Positions 1-22,378 of a stretch of DNA of 64,000 bases are shown here, in pieces. The stretch is from the human T2T-CHM13v2.0 reference genome, Homo sapiens, in NCBI RefSeq assembly GCF_009914755.1, contig NC_060936.1; one strand, 5' to 3'. The notes under the pieces were generated by a model. It did not search any database and was not told where the DNA came from. It saw only the letters and a list, made by a program, of their open reading frames with translations. Within the stretch, counting starts at the first letter, position 1. Each line of letters opens with the position of its first letter. The position numbers and the translations under genes are program-made.

Positions 1-219
1 GTCTATTAATTTTCCATTTCTAAGTACCTCATATAAGTGGAATCATACAATATTTGTCCTTCTGTGTCTGGCTCATTTCACTAAGCGTGTTTTCAAAGTC
101 CACCCATGTTGTGGCATATATCAAAATTGCATTCCACTTTATGGCTTATTAACATTTTGCTGAATCTAATTACCAAGTCTTAAGTGCCCCTTTTATGCAC
201 TGTTTTCAAGTACTTTTTC

Positions 220-268
<49 letters not shown>

Positions 269-2450
269 TTTGAGATAGGGTCTCACTCTATCACCTAGGC
301 TGGAATGCAGTGGTGCCATAACAGCTCACTACAGCCTTGACCTCCTTGGCTCAAGCAGTTCTCCCACCTTCACCTCCCAAAGCTAGGACTATAGGTGTGC
401 ACCACAACGCCTGGCAAAATTTTGATTTTTTGTAGAAACAGGGTCTCACTATGTTGCCCAGGTTGATCTTGAAACTCCTGACCTCAAATTATCTTCCCAA
501 GTCAGCCTCCCAAAGTGCTGGGATTACGTGCATGAGCCACCATGCCTGAACCAGATATTTAATTTGTAAATATTTTCTCCCAAAGTGTTGCTTGTCTTAT
601 TATTTTCTTTGGAGTTTTTCAAAGAGGCAAAAAAATTAATTTTGATAAAGTCCAATGTATCAATTTTTTCCTTTTAAGGACTATGACTTTGATGTCATAT
701 TTAAGAACTCCTTGCCTAATCCAATATCAAAAAGATTTTCTGTGTTTTCTTCTAAAGTCTTAAAGTTCTACATTTAGGTCTCTGATCCATTTTGAGCCAA
801 TTTTTATATAAAATTTAAGGTGTGGATTGGGCTTATGTTTTACATGTGGATCAAATTGTTCCAGAACAATTTGTTGGCAACATTAACTTTTCTCCATTGA
901 ATTTCCTAGCAAAAAATCAATTGACTGTATTTTTGAGGATTTATTGCTAGACTCTCTATTATATTCTATTGATCTATGTGTCTGTCCTTTTGCCAAAACC
1001 ACAGTCTTGATTACTGTAGATTTACAGTAAATCTTGACATCAGATAATGTGAGTCCTTCGACTTCCTTCTTTTTCAAAATTGTTTTGACTATTCTATTTC
1101 CTTTGCCTTTACAAATAAATTCTAGAATTACCTTGTTGCTATCTACAGGAAATCCTGCTGAGGCTGGGATTGAGATTGGGGTGAATCCATAGATCAACTT
1201 GGTAAGAACTGACATTTTAGCATTTGTGATTATTTTTGGATGCAACTATCTGATTGAAAATTTCTGCAATAAATCCTTCACTTCTACTAGGTAAAATATG
1301 ATGTTGTTTTATCTTAATGAACCTAATACAGGTATTTGAAATCAATTTCTTTCTGTATCAATTGAGTTGTTTGCAGGTGATTTGTGTTGTAGTGAATTAT
1401 TTTTAGCTACTAAGTTTTAGTGATACAAAGCTATAGTCATTTTTAATTTATTGATTTAGTTATGTTAGTATTATTAAAATGATGATGTTCTTTTTTATTT
1501 TGGAACTATTTAGATCTTTACATGAGCTTAAGTTGTTTTCTATTTATTTGTTGTGGTAAAATACACATTACAATTTACCATTTTAACTGTTAAGTGTAAA
1601 ATTCAGTGGCATTAAATATATTCACATTGTTGTGCAACCATCACCACCATCTATCTCCAGAACTTTTTTCATCTCCCCAGACTGAAACTCTGTACCATTT
1701 AAACAATAACTCCCAATTTCCCTCAGTCCCTGGTAACCACCATTCCACTTTCTATCTCTATGAATTAGACTGCTCCAAGTACCTCATATCAGTGGAGTCA
1801 TACTGTATTTGTCCATCTGTGACTGGCTTATTTCACTTAGCATAATGTCTTCAAGGTTCATATATATTGTAGCACGTGTCAGAATGTCCTTCCTTTTTAA
1901 GGCTGAATAATATTCCATTATATGTACACACTACATTTTGTTTAGCCATTGATCTGTCCATGGATCCATGGACGCTTGGAATTACTTTCACCTTTTGGCT
2001 ATTGTGAACAATACTGCTATGAACACTCATGTATACATAGCTTTCCAGTTCCTGCTTTCAATTCTTTGCATTCCACAAAGTGAAATTGCTAGATCATACC
2101 ATAATTCTATGTTTAATTTTTTTTTTTTTTTTTTTGAGACAGAGTCTTGCTCTGTCACCCAGGCTGGAGTGCAGTGTGCCATCTTGGCTCACTACAACCT
2201 CTGCCTTCCCAATTCAAATGATTCTCCTGCTTCAGCCTCCCGAGTATCTGGGACTCCAGGTGGGCACCACCACACCTGGCTAATTTTTGTATTTTTAGTA
2301 GAGATGGGGTTTCACCATGTTGCCCAGGCTGGTCTCAAACTCCTGGCCTGAAGTGATCTGCCCGCCTCAGCCTCCCAAGGTGCTGGGATTACAGGCGTGA
2401 GCCACTGCACCTGGCCCTATGTTTCATCCTTTGAGGAACTGCCATACTAA
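1..2450 (-). mobile_element. Old L1M fragments interrupted by Alus (251-552, 2117-2415)
   Basis: Antisense L1M 3'/ORF2 text (ggaatcatacaatatttgtcc; ORF 883..1245 with GLTLSDVKIYCKSTVIKTV). Confidence 0.75.
222..271. repeat. (TA)n + poly-T (Alu tail)
   Basis: Read directly from sequence. Confidence 0.95.
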
Positions 2451-2635
2451 TGAGCTAAAGTCTTATTTGATCTACTTATTTAACACTGCTTTTTATGTTG
2501 TCAGTTTTATGAGTAGTATATAGAAAAGGAAATGAATTTTAGACATTAGTGAATGATATTGTAGACAGTGGGGAAAGTCAAGAAAAATATAAAGGAGATA
2601 CTCTTCAAGGAAGGAATTTGAACATCTTGCACTTA

Positions 2636-4133
2636 TGTCACAGGATCATTGGAATGTCACTTTTCCGGCAGGAAGCCTCTGTGGCGGGTGGTGCCCTTAC
2701 CTGAGTTTTGCTCAAGCCTGCTGGGCTCATTCCACCCATTTGGCCTGGCAGGCTGTGCTCGTTTCATGCTACCAGCCCAGATCCCATGCCTGCCAAAAGC
2801 GAGCCAGGCACAGAGTGGGGAGGAGTGCATGAGCGAGTGAGCACGGGGTCTGGCTACTGCTCACAGCCAGGCACGCTGGCTGCTGCAGTGGGGCAGGCAG
2901 CTCCAGGTAGCAGTGCAGGTGCCGGCTCGGTGTAAACCTGCAGCTGGATCTGATACACCACAAGCAGCTTCCACTGTGGGCGCCCGCATCTGGACGAGGG
3001 AACACGATGGCGCCCAAAACCTTGGAGATGCCAGAAACCACAGAGCTCCAAAGAGGGTGTCACAGCCCTGGCTAGGGGAGACCCTAGGTCTGGGCTCGCA
3101 GAAGGGCTGCAGCTCTTCTCTCCTTCTTGTCGCCCACAACGTGGCCAGTGGGAGGAGAGGGGGTGTGTTACAGCCCTGTTTGTGTTACAGCCCTTTCAGT
3201 CCCACCATTCAGCAGGCCCGGAGTTCTTGTCCTGTGTCTAGGAAGAATGAGGTACGGGGACAACTGGAGGGTGAGCAAGGCAAAGAGGTGCTTTATTGAA
3301 TGACAGTACAGGTCTCAGGAGATCTAAAGTGGGTAGCTCTTTCCACAGGCAGGTCATCCCAATGAGTGCAGCTCTCAGCGGAGAGGAGTCCCAAAGTGGG
3401 TAGATCCTATTGGCATATGGGTAGATCCTATTGGCATATCCGCAGGCAGGTCGTCTAGACATTTCCCTGAGTCTGGCTGAGTCCAGGGTTTTTAATGGGT
3501 TCAGAAGGGAGGAAGTGCATGCTAATTGGTCCATGGGTAGGCCTGGAAAAAGCACCAGTTCTCACTCCCTGCTGTGGACTCCACCTTAAACTGACAGTCC
3601 GGCCCCAGGCTTCAGGCTGTCCCTGGCTTGAGGGTGGGGCTTCACTGGGGACCCATCCCTTTCTGCCCAGGAACCTGTCTGCCTCCTGCCGCCATCTAAA
3701 TGTCACCCATGGCACCCAGGATGTTTGTACCCAACACTGAGCCACCCTCAGCCCCCCTTGGCCTCCCTCCCGTGCTTGTTGGCACCCAAAGTCTGGAGGA
3801 GGCTGTGGTGGCAGGGGACTGGTATGTCAGCTCCTGGGCTTGGCCTCAACTTTGCTTTGAAATCGGAGCAGCCACCAGGGACAGGGAGAGGCCAGGCAGC
3901 GGGAGCAGGCACTTTTGAGCCTGCGGGGGCAGGGGGCTTCCTGGCCCCCGAGAGCACGGGATGCCTGGGTCCGCAGCTGTGGCTGAGTGGCTGCAGCTGC
4001 GCCCAGGAAGGTGGGGCTCCCACCTGTTCCCAGCTCTCACTGGCTTCACGGAGCATACAGCCCTGACCACACCTACCCCACTGCAGCCAGTGTCTTTGCA
4101 GCGGCTGCTCCAGATGAGCCACTGCTGCCATCA
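2636..4133 (-). mobile_element. ERV1 solo LTR, MER52-like (1498 bp)
   Basis: TG...CA termini; 4-bp TSD CTTA (2632-2635, 4134-4137); minus strand begins tgatggcagcagtggctcatctggagcagccgctgc; AATAAA at 3297-3292. Confidence 0.85.
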
Positions 4134-4224
4134 CTTACACCACTACTGGAGCTGCAGTATGTTCACAGAATCATTATTTGCTTTCTAAAATTCTAATAAT
4201 GTCAGAGATATAGTCAGCATCTGA

Positions 4225-10221
<5,997 letters not shown>

Positions 10222-10526
10222 TTACCACTTTATTTTGTATTTGCTATGTGTGTTTTTCTTTTATTGTTTCTTCTTCTCCCTATTTTTCTTTTTGTTAGAG
10301 TAGTTGGAGTCTATTAATTTATTTTTATTTTAACTGTTTAGGGGTTATAGATTCTACTTCTGTTTTAGTAGTAGCCAATAAGGTTTTTCTTCACAGTTTT
10401 ATTGAGGTATAATTATATATTGTATGATTTACTCATTGTAAGTGGATTATTCTTCAATGAGTTTTATTACATTTATACAGTTGCACAACCATCACTACAA
10501 TTCACTTTTAGAACTCTTCCATTGTC

Positions 10527-10932
<406 letters not shown>

Positions 10933-11016
10933 CTAGAAATTTCATATAAGTGGAATCATACAGTGTATACTCATTTGTGTCTAGCTTCTCTCATTTAGCA
11001 TAATAACTTTTTTTGA

Positions 11017-11217
<201 letters not shown>

Positions 11218-11475
11218 TGAACTCCTGACTCCAGTTGGCCCACCTGCCTCGGCCTCCCAAAGTGCTGGGATTACAGGCGTGAGCCACCACGTCCGGCCTT
11301 AGCATAATAATTTGAGGTTCATCCATGTCATTGGCTGTATCAGTCATTCACTCCTGTTTATTGCTGAATAGTATTCAGTATGGATATACCATTCTTGTTT
11401 ATCTATTCATCAACGGATGGATATTTGGATTTTTTTCCAGTTCTTGGCTATTATGAATAATGCTGCTATGAATGT

Positions 11476-11885
11476 CGCTATAGTTTGGATATTTGTCCCC
11501 CCAAACCTCATGCTGAAATTTTATCCTCAGTGTTAGAGATGGGGCTTGACGTGCAGTGTTTTGGTCACAGGGGAGGATCCCTCATGAATGTCTTTGTGTC
11601 ATTCTCATGGTAATGAGCGAATTCTCATTATATTAGTTCCCACAAGAGCCGGGTGTTAAAATGAACCTGGCACCACACCCCACTCCCTCCTCACCTTGCC
11701 CTCTCTCTTCCTTCTCCCTCTATGTGATCTCTACAATGCCAGCTCCCCTTCACCTTCTGCCATGAGTGGAATTGGCCTGAGGCTTTTGCTGGATGCTCAG
11801 TCTTCTATCCAGCAGAACTGTAAGCCAAAAATACTCCTTTTCTTTACCCAGCCTCAGGTTCCTTTATAACAACACTAAATGGTGG
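11476..11885 (+). mobile_element. MST-type MaLR LTR
   Basis: gctatagtttggatatttgtccccccaaacctcatg ... tacccagcctcaggttcctttataacaacactaaatgg. Confidence 0.8.
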
Positions 11886-12111
11886 CTTGGTTGATAGGCC
11901 TGAGGAATTGAAAGATGAGAACCTATTGCAACTGGCTGAGGAGGCAGGGCAGAGATGCAAGAGAGATGCTTCTGCTTTGAGAAGTAACTGCATTCCCCTG
12001 TGACAGAAGCCAAAGGCACATGACTGTCAGGGATGAGGTGTGGAGCCCTTGGGAGGACTATCAGCCAAGGGTCATTTAAAAAGTGCTCTGGTGACTGGGC
12101 ACGGTGGCTCA

Positions 12112-12585
<474 letters not shown>

Positions 12586-13983
12586 TTAAACACTTGCAAG
12601 CCTAGAGAGCATGCTGTCATCCTAGAGTAGTATCAGTCACATAAGAATTCTCCACACCCCCTTTCCTTTCATCTCTTCTTGTGCCTCAACACTCAAGGGG
12701 CCAGAAGCTATGAGTGTCAAGTTGAGGGAGAAGAAACAGAGAGAAACTCATCACATCTCCTCTTCCAGGTGTGGGGAGGCTGGCCTGAAGTTGGCTCTAA
12801 CTGTAAGAGTGAAGATTTCATTCTAAATCAACTTTAGATTATAATCTTACCAAAAAACTGGAGATGCTAATTTCCATATTCGGACTGTGTTTTGCGACTT
12901 AAAAGTGGGCAGAAAACTGTCTATTTTCTAAGGGATACCTAAAAAGTCCTGGGGGCCTCTTGGAGCTCTCAAGGGGGCAGCAAAACTACTTTCCTCATTT
13001 AATAAATGTTAAAGGGATGGTGGTAAACTACATAAAGCTAGGTCATCAATTACAACCCTTGGGTTGAGCTTGTTAAATAATATGGTTACAATTTCCGTAT
13101 CTGTTGTTATTTCTAGAGATTTAAAAATGGAGGGTGTTACCGCTCATGAGATGTATTTTTTAAAAAATGAAGGAGACGCTGGAGGATTTAAATAATCTAA
13201 TCTTTTTACCTCTGAAATCTTATTTTACTCTGATTTCTGAAAATACCTTCCTAATTTTCCAGGATTCTTACCCTTTCTCTATTTTTACTTCTTATCTACC
13301 AGCCTAATAAATCTTTGTTTTTCCTCAACTTGGACTCGACTTCTTTCTTTTCCATCCAAGATGCTCTAGTGCATTATTCCGACTTACTATCCCATTTCCA
13401 GAATTCAACCAGCTGTTGTATCTCATCCTTGCATTAATTCTGCAATCTGCCTTTTCTAGTCTACATGCAGGCTACTGTACAACACTAAAAGAAAAAAAAA
13501 TGTATTTAATCCCACATCTGGCAAATTCCTAGTCTCCAAACTCAGCTGGACTCCTAGTAATTATTTGCAGACATTTAATACATTCTTGGATCTGTTCCTT
13601 CCTCCACTCACTTTCATAGCTATTGTAATTTTTTCCCACTCATTTCAAGCTCTGTGCCCTGAATGAATTTGTATTTCATAGAAAGCACCGAAGTGGCTAG
13701 GCGCAGTGGCTCATGCTTATAATCCCAGCACTTTGGGAGTCTGAAACAGGCAGATTACTTGAGACCAGAAGTTCAAGACCAGCCTGGGCAACATGGCAAA
13801 ACCCTGTCTCTACAAAAAAATACAAAAGAACTAGTCTGGCATAGTAGTGTTTGCCTGTAGTCTAAGCTATTCGGGAGGTTGAGGCGGGAGAATCTTGAGC
13901 CTGGGGGGCTGAGGCTGTAGTGATTCACGATTGCACCACTGCACTCCCACCTGGGCAACAGAGCAAGACCCTGTCAAAAAAAG

Positions 13984-14095
13984 AGAGAAAGAGAGGAAGG
14001 AAGGAAGGAAGGAAGGAAGGAAGGAAGGAAGGAAGGAAGGAAGGAAGGAAGGAAGGAAGGAAAGAAGGGAGGGAGGGAGGGAGGGAGGGAGGGAA
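13984..14095 (+). repeat. (GGAA)n/(GGGA)n microsatellite grown from an Alu tail
   Basis: About 17 consecutive GGAA units, then GGGA units. Confidence 0.95.
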
Positions 14096-14244
14096 GCAAT
14101 TTTTGTGACCAAGTTCTCTCCTTCTCAGTTCTATCTACAAATGTATTAATATTTCCATCTCCTTCCCTATTCCCTCTTGCCTCAGCTGGACATTATTTCC
14201 CCCTGGATGAATCTATTCTGTTCACTTGTGCTCTGAGTCAGTCT

Positions 14245-14378
14245 GCAGGCATTACTAGTGGTTCTTATTAAAATGCAGATTTTGATTCAGTAGGTCTAGG
14301 GTGGGGCCTGAGATTGTGCATTTCCAACACATGATGCTGATGCTACTGGTCCATAGACCACATTTAGAGTAGAAAGGC
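14245..14378. mobile_element. MER5A (hAT-Charlie)
   Basis: aaaatgcagattttgattcagtaggtctagggtggggcctgagattgtgcatttc. Confidence 0.75.
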
Positions 14379-14514
14379 TGTTATTTGATATTCCCTTATC
14401 TCCTTTTGCTCTACCAATTATCCTTTCTCCTTGCTTTATTTCCAAATTCTCTAATGGCTTTTCAGGATATAAAATGTTTGAATTTGTCTGATCTTAAAAA
14501 GTCTGTCTCCAAAA

Positions 14515-15163
14515 TAGGAACACTTTTACACTGTTGGTGGGAGTGTAAATTACTTCAACCATTGTGGAACACAGTGTGGTGATTTCTCAAGGATCTAGAA
14601 CCAGAAATACCATTTGACCCAGCAATCCCACTATATACCCAAAGGATTATAAATCTTTCTACTATAAAGACACATGCACACATGTGTTTATTGCAGCACT
14701 ATTTACAATAGTAAAGACCTGGAACCAACCCAAATGCCCATAATGATAGACTGGATAAAGAAAATGTGGCACATATACACCATAGAATACTATGCAGCCA
14801 TAAAAAAGAGTGAGTTCATGTCCTTAGCAGGGACATGGATGAAACTGGAAACCATCATTCTCAGCAAACTAACACAGGAACAGAAAACCAAACACCTCAT
14901 ATTCTTACTCGTAAGTGGGAATTGAACAATAAGAACACGTGGACACAGGGAGGGGAACGTCATATACTGGGGCCTGTCTGGGGGTGGGGGGCAAGGGGAG
15001 GGAGAGCATTAGGACAAATACCTAATGCATGAGGGGCTTAAAACCTAGATGATGGGTTGATGGGTGCAGCATACCACCATGGCACATGTATACCTATGTA
15101 ACAAACCTTCACATTCTGTATATGCATCCCAGAACTTAAAGTATAATTAAAAAAAAAAAAAAA
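14515..15163 (+). mobile_element. L1PA, 5'-truncated (ORF2 C-terminus + 3' UTR + polyA)
   Basis: WIKKMWHIYTIEYYAAIKK; G-rich 3' UTR; A tail; imperfect TSD aaaagtctgtctccaaaa / aaaaggctttctccaaaa. Confidence 0.92.
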
Positions 15164-15214
15164 AGGCTTTCTCCAAAACATTTTCTAAAGTCATCACCCA
15201 ATCTCGCACTTTAC

Positions 15215-16025
15215 CATCTGGATTAGTTATCCATTGCTGCATTACAAATTACTCTAAAGTTTAGCTGAAAATTAAGTTTCTGTAGGTCAAGAATCTGGGT
15301 GTCAGCTGGGCGCAGGGGCTCACACCTGTAATCCTAGCACTGTGGGAGGCCCAGGCAGGCGGATCACTTGAGGCCAGAAGTTTGAGACTATTGTGGCCAA
15401 CATAGCGAACCATGTTTCTACCAAAAATACAAAAATTAGCCGGGCGTGGTGGTGCATGCCTGTAATCCCAGCTACTCCAGAGCCTGACGCATGAAAATCG
15501 TTTGAACCCAGGGGGCAGAGGTGGTTGCAGTGAGCCGAGATCGCGCCACTGTACTCCAGCCTGGGCGACATAGTGAGACTCTGTCTCAAAAAAATAAATA
15601 AAATAGAAAATAAATAAATAAAACATGTCTAAAAAGATGGAAGCTAAAAAAAAAAAAAAGAATCTGGGTGTGCCTTAGCTAGGCACTCCACCTTGGAGTC
15701 TCTTACAAGACTGCAATCAGGATGTCAGCTGGGGGTATAGTCATTTCAAATTTGTCTAAGGGAGGAACCATTTCTGAACTCATTCATCTGGTTGTTGGCA
15801 GAACTGAATTCCTTGCAGGTTGTTGGACTGAGGGCCTTAGTTCCTCATTGGCTATTAACTGGAATTTTCTATCAGTTCTTTGCCATGTGGGTCTCTCTAG
15901 GGCAGCTCACACTGTGGCAGCTGGCTTCCATCTGAGTGAGCAGAGACTGTACGAAAGGGCAAGCAAGATGGAATCTAGTCTTCTGTAACCCTTGGAAGTG
16001 ACATCCTATCACTTCGCTGTAGTCT
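15215..16025 (-). mobile_element. MLT1-type MaLR fragment split by an Alu (15305-15610)
   Basis: attagttatccattgctgcattacaaattactc...; cttggaagtgacatcctatcacttc. Confidence 0.6.
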
Positions 16026-17394
16026 ATTCTTTTTTTTTTTTTTTTTTGACAGAGTCTTGCTTTGTCACTCAAGCTAGAGTGACGTGGTACAATCTTGGCT
16101 CACTGAAACCTCCACCTCCCGAGTTCAAGTGATTCTCCTGCCTCAGCCTCCTGAGTAGCTGGGATTACAGATGTGCACCACCACACCTGGCTAATTTTTG
16201 TATTTTTAGTAGAGATGAGGTTTCACCATGTTGGCCAGGCTGATCTTGAATTCCTGACCTCAAGTGATCCACCCACCTCAGCCTCCCAAAGTGCTGGGAT
16301 TACAGGTGTGAGCCACTGCACCTGGCCATCCACTGCCACTTCTTATGCTACCATCATGCTTGCTACCACCTGCCTTCTCCTCCTTTCAAATAGGTTACTT
16401 CCATGTTACTTCTACAGGCAGGGAAAACAGGGACTGACTGAAAATCAAAAGGGCTGTCTTTTCAGCCAAGTTCATGAGCATTAGTGCAGAAATATTACAA
16501 CTTATCATTTATCACAGCGATCCCCCTTATTTCCTACTTCTTGTTTATATTATAGAGAAGAGAAGTTGTTGGACCAAAGTCTTTTAGACAAGTGAAGTAT
16601 AATCACATACTGCAATAAAAAAAAAATTTATGTCAGCTATGGATATAGTTTCTATGTGGGGAACTAGACTATATATAAATCAATAATCCAATACTTAAAT
16701 CTGAATAAGTTATGAATGACTCTCTCATTCATCCCATTTTCCACTTTACCCCCAGCCCTTTCTTATCCTACTTTTCTATCACTGCAATCTCAAGAATAAA
16801 ATAGTGGGTGCAGGTTATTGTATATAACTGTAAAAGAGAAGACTAGACAAAGTGTAACCCAGCTGGGTGTGGTGGTACACGCCTATAGTCCCAACTACTA
16901 GGGAAGCTGAAGTGTGAGGATCACTTGAGCCTTGGGGGTCGAGGCTGCAGTGAGCTATGACTGTGCCACTGAAGTCAAGCCTGGGAGATGAAGTGAAACA
17001 CTGTCTCAAAAAATAAAAATAAAAAAGAATAAGTATAATGCCTTTACTTTCCTATCTAATAATATTTAGTGGCAAGATCATGTGAAATCAGTTGGCTGGG
17101 TATGTACTTGTCCCTCCTACCCCTGATATAAGTTTACTGAAATAGGAATATATTTAAGTAGATATATCACTTATACTTTTTAAAGGTCTATCACAAGCTA
17201 CTTGACCCCTTCCTGAAATGAAAACAGAAACTAAATCCTATGGACAACCCTATATGCAAGTGAGCTGATTAGCTCTGCTAACATAGGGCAAATAGTTTTT
17301 GGAAACATCTTAAGTGACAATATTCTCAGGAGCTGTCCATTAGCCTAGGTAAATGTGAAGATACAGACACAAGAGAAAAGCAAATAACCAATTA

Positions 17395-17715
<321 letters not shown>

Positions 17716-17726
17716 CTAGCTACTCA

Positions 17727-17828
<102 letters not shown>

Positions 17829-19172
17829 CTAAAAAAAAAAAAGGAGCCAATTAGCAGAACCTTTGCAAATGGGCCAATTCCTGCTCTTAGTATCAGAATA
17901 CAAATAAAGCTTTGCTGATTTAATGCTGATTTGTCATGTGCCTTGAATTGTTTCATATTAGCAGAGACAGATTTACATCCTTTCTTATGCTTTCTGGCTC
18001 AGTGCTTTTTGCAACCACCTGAATGCACTTAAGAGACAGAAGGGTGACGTTCATATTTTGAGAACAAAACCAAGTGACCTGACCTTAGCTTCTGTCAAAT
18101 GTCTCTGTCAAATGCCATGTTTGCAACCTTTAAAACTAGTGGAGGAACATCTATAAGGCTTTATGTACCAAAATTGGGGCTGCTACATAGCACATCTTTG
18201 TTGGATTTCACAGAGACCTCTATTCAGCTCTCCCTTGATTTACTTCTTTTAGCTCAAGCTGATCTAAAGCTTAATTATCTTTAAGGACTCTGCCTTTTCT
18301 ACTTATCTCCACTAGTTTTTATTGTGTCATTGTGCAACTTGGTTTCTGTCCTTGGCCAATCTCAGATTCTGCTTTTGCTTTATTTTACTAGGTCTCATTG
18401 ACCTGCTTATACCCTCCTCTGTATCTGGTTTCAACTTTTGACCTGCTTTTGTTTTGGCTCTTCCCTAACAGTCTGTAGAGACTTTGATCCATCATGTAGC
18501 ACAAGATTACGGGAGCTACGTTAGAACACTGTCAGCTGGTTTATCAGCCCCTCTGACCTCCTATCTTCTAAAATGATTTTATTTGTAGGCTTGTTAGTTG
18601 AAGCTGGCTGACAACCTTGTATTATGACCTTTAAGTAAGAATCTTGCTATGGGATTGGATAGAAAGTAATGTTTCTTCCCTCAGTTCCCATCCTTCACGT
18701 TTTTTACCATGAACGCTGAATACCCATGGAAGATAGTGTTTAATTTACTAAACGAATGCAAGCTGAAGCAGCCTTTTTGAAATAATTTGGAGTTGTTATT
18801 TCACAAAAACAAATGTGGAATGATAGACCCATTAATTAAAAGATAGAAATTCAAGAGAAAAAAGTCTCAATATTTTTTCTTCAAGTAATTAATGACACCA
18901 TATGTGAAGCTAAGTGATTTCTATAATTTGCAGATTTGGTCTCAGCTAAGAGCTAAAACTGTTCATAGCAGCACTAAGGAGGCCTATACCCCTACAGGGA
19001 AATTATAAAATTTTATATATTTTAACTCTTTCACTACTGCCAACATTCAGCACATAGTGTTTTCTTCCAATCTTAATGGTTTATTTCATTTCATTGTGTT
19101 TGTTGTGGGGATTATTAAAGCAGTCACAACAGAGCCTAGCACATAGTATATGCTTTTGCAACTTTTTTTTGA

Positions 19173-19280
<108 letters not shown>

Positions 19281-19612
19281 TAGCTGGGATTACAGCATCT
19301 GCCAGCACGCCTGGCTAATTTTTGTATGTTTAGTAGAGATGAGGTTTCACCATGTTGGCCAGGCTGGTCTCGAGCTCCTGACCTCAAGTGATCTGCCTGC
19401 CTCAGCCTCTCATAGAGCTGGGGTTATAGGCGTGAGCCACCACACCCAGCCTGCAATTTTTTTGAGACTGGGTCTCGCTTTGTTGCCCAAGCTGGAGTGC
19501 AATGGCACTGTCACAACTCACTGCATCCTCAACCTCCCAGGCTCAGTTGATCCTCCTACCTCAGCCTCCTGAGTAGCTGGGACTACAGGTGCACACCACC
19601 ACACCTGGCTAA

Positions 19613-19768
<156 letters not shown>

Positions 19769-21555
19769 TAAAATTATAAAAATGGATTAGCATCAAGATA
19801 GTGCTGAAAGGTATTTGACTAGGAATGTCTGAATTTGGTCTTGGGCCTGTCACTCCTTTCTGTGACAGTGTTGAGGAAGCTATTGCACAATGGGGGCAAA
19901 TCAAGACAAAGTCATATTTCATTGTTAGCTGTATCTTTGGCTCCAAACCTTAATGCAAAACTCCAGAGAGCTGGACCAGAAGAAGTGTAGAATTCCACTT
20001 CCTTAGGCTGGAGGCTACAAACACCAACACCCAAAGCAAGTCAAATGGCACATCTAGTCTCTCCTTCCTGCCTCATCATCTCATTCACCCTCAAGTTTTG
20101 AAATTTGCCTTTCCAGTGGTATGAAAAGGACACCTGCCAGATCTAGAGAACAAGGGACAAATACGAGCAAAAAGTTGTTCACTGAAAATAAAGGTATCTA
20201 TCCCAGACCTTCCTGTGTCAGGGCAAAACACTAAGTTTGTGTGAAAAAAAAAAAAAGCAAAAAAAAAAAAAAAAAAAAAAAAAAGCAAAGAGAACAGAGA
20301 AAGGGGAAGTGGTTTAGACTTCTACCAAGTCCTAAGTGTTCCTTCCACATCCACATGGGTGCAGAATTGAAAAGAAGGGAAAGAACCAAATTCAGTTTTG
20401 AAAATATAGCACTAGCTCTTATTGCCATCCCAGTCTTCTTAGGGCATTTGATAAATGGCCATGCACCAAGCTGCTAGCTGCAGATCATGCAATGTTCATT
20501 AACCAAACCAAATCAAACCATAGAAAACTGCTCCTTGCAGATTGAGTTAAAGGACAAAGGAACAGAACAAAGAGTACTACCTTCGCCCATGGGCAATAAC
20601 TGTCTTCCAGGATTGTGAAGCTGATTGACAATAATGTATGTAATGTACATGGCACATAGTAGGCTCTCAAATTGTAGTTATTTTTCTTTGTTTTGCTATT
20701 ATTATGAAAGAAAAATCTGTATGCTAGATACAGAAATGTACAAAATTGAATGAAAAGCAAAATTTATATAGTGCTTGATATAATAATTATATCTCCCAGA
20801 ACTATAGCAAAAAGTGATTGACTACTTAGAACTTAAAATTTTAAGAGCGATTTTAAACTGTTTTCTCTGAAATTGGTAGCTACGGGTGGTCAAATACAGT
20901 ACTTGGGTATAGATTTAAGAAACTTAAAATGAATACAGAGTTTGACAGTTATGTTCCATGTAGAATTAAGTCATATTTAGAATTTGACTGGGATGTTAGC
21001 CAAAGAAATTTGCTATAGTTTCATGAGATAAAATTATAGCATGAATCATCATCTCTCTAGCCTCTTCAAGTAAGATTTTTTTCAAAGGATATTTTAAAGA
21101 CAAACACAGTTCATAATTTGATGTATATGTGTTTCTGCAATTTGAGTCTTTAATTTCAAGTGATATGGTAGAGAAAGCATACCTTTTCAAAAGCACATTT
21201 TTGGGCTTATTAGATGAGAACTAAGTAAAGGCATGCAAAAACATAATTTTTTTTCTATTTAAAAGAAGACAGGCCAGGCATGGTGGCTTATGCCTGTAAT
21301 CGCAGCACTTTAGGAGACCAAGGCTGGGGGACTGCTTGAATCCAAGGGTTCAAGACCAGCTGTGGGAACATAGCCAGACTCCCATCTCTACAAAAAAAAA
21401 AAAAAAAATTGGTTGCGCATGGTGGCATATGCCTGTAGTCCCAGCTATTTGGGAGGCTGAGGCAAAAGGATCACTTGAGCCCAGGAATTTGAGGCTGCAG
21501 TGAGCTATGATTGCACTCCAGCCTGGGTAACAAAGCAAGACTCTGACTCAAAATG

Positions 21556-21557
21556 AA

Positions 21558-21596
<39 letters not shown>

Positions 21597-21598
21597 AA
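21556..21598 (+). repeat. (TAAA)n Alu tail
   Basis: About 10 units. Confidence 0.95.
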
Positions 21599-22030
21599 TG
21601 AAATATAAGGAGGCAAAGGTAATAGTTTGACATTTTTCCAGGCTAAGCTATCATTTAGACAATATAGAACATAAAAATATAGATAGTTTGACGAAAACTC
21701 AGATACAGGTAGTTTGGCCAAACTATCTGTATTTTTATGTTCTATATAAACATGGTTATGAAAGAAAATATAGATAGATATCTTTATGAGCAAAGATTTT
21801 TAAAATGAATTATCATATTTTTGACAGTATAAGACAAGTACAGAACGTTGGGAAAACTTATTCTGAGATCATCATCTAATACTGCAGGCATAAGACATTT
21901 AAATCCAACTTTAGAAGTCCTGATGTTTGTGTTGAAGATGAAAATACAGGTTTTAAAAGATTAGTCGAGTAAGATTGTATCAGCGTTACTAGATATTTTT
22001 TCATTTATACTGGAATTTTTGGTTGGCTAA

Positions 22031-22378
<348 letters not shown>

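Noticed and set aside
2635-4196. Dense overlapping ORFs on both strands (also 9541-10317)
   Set aside because: Stop-poor GC-rich LTR sequence (MER52-like, LTR12C); no domain similarity.
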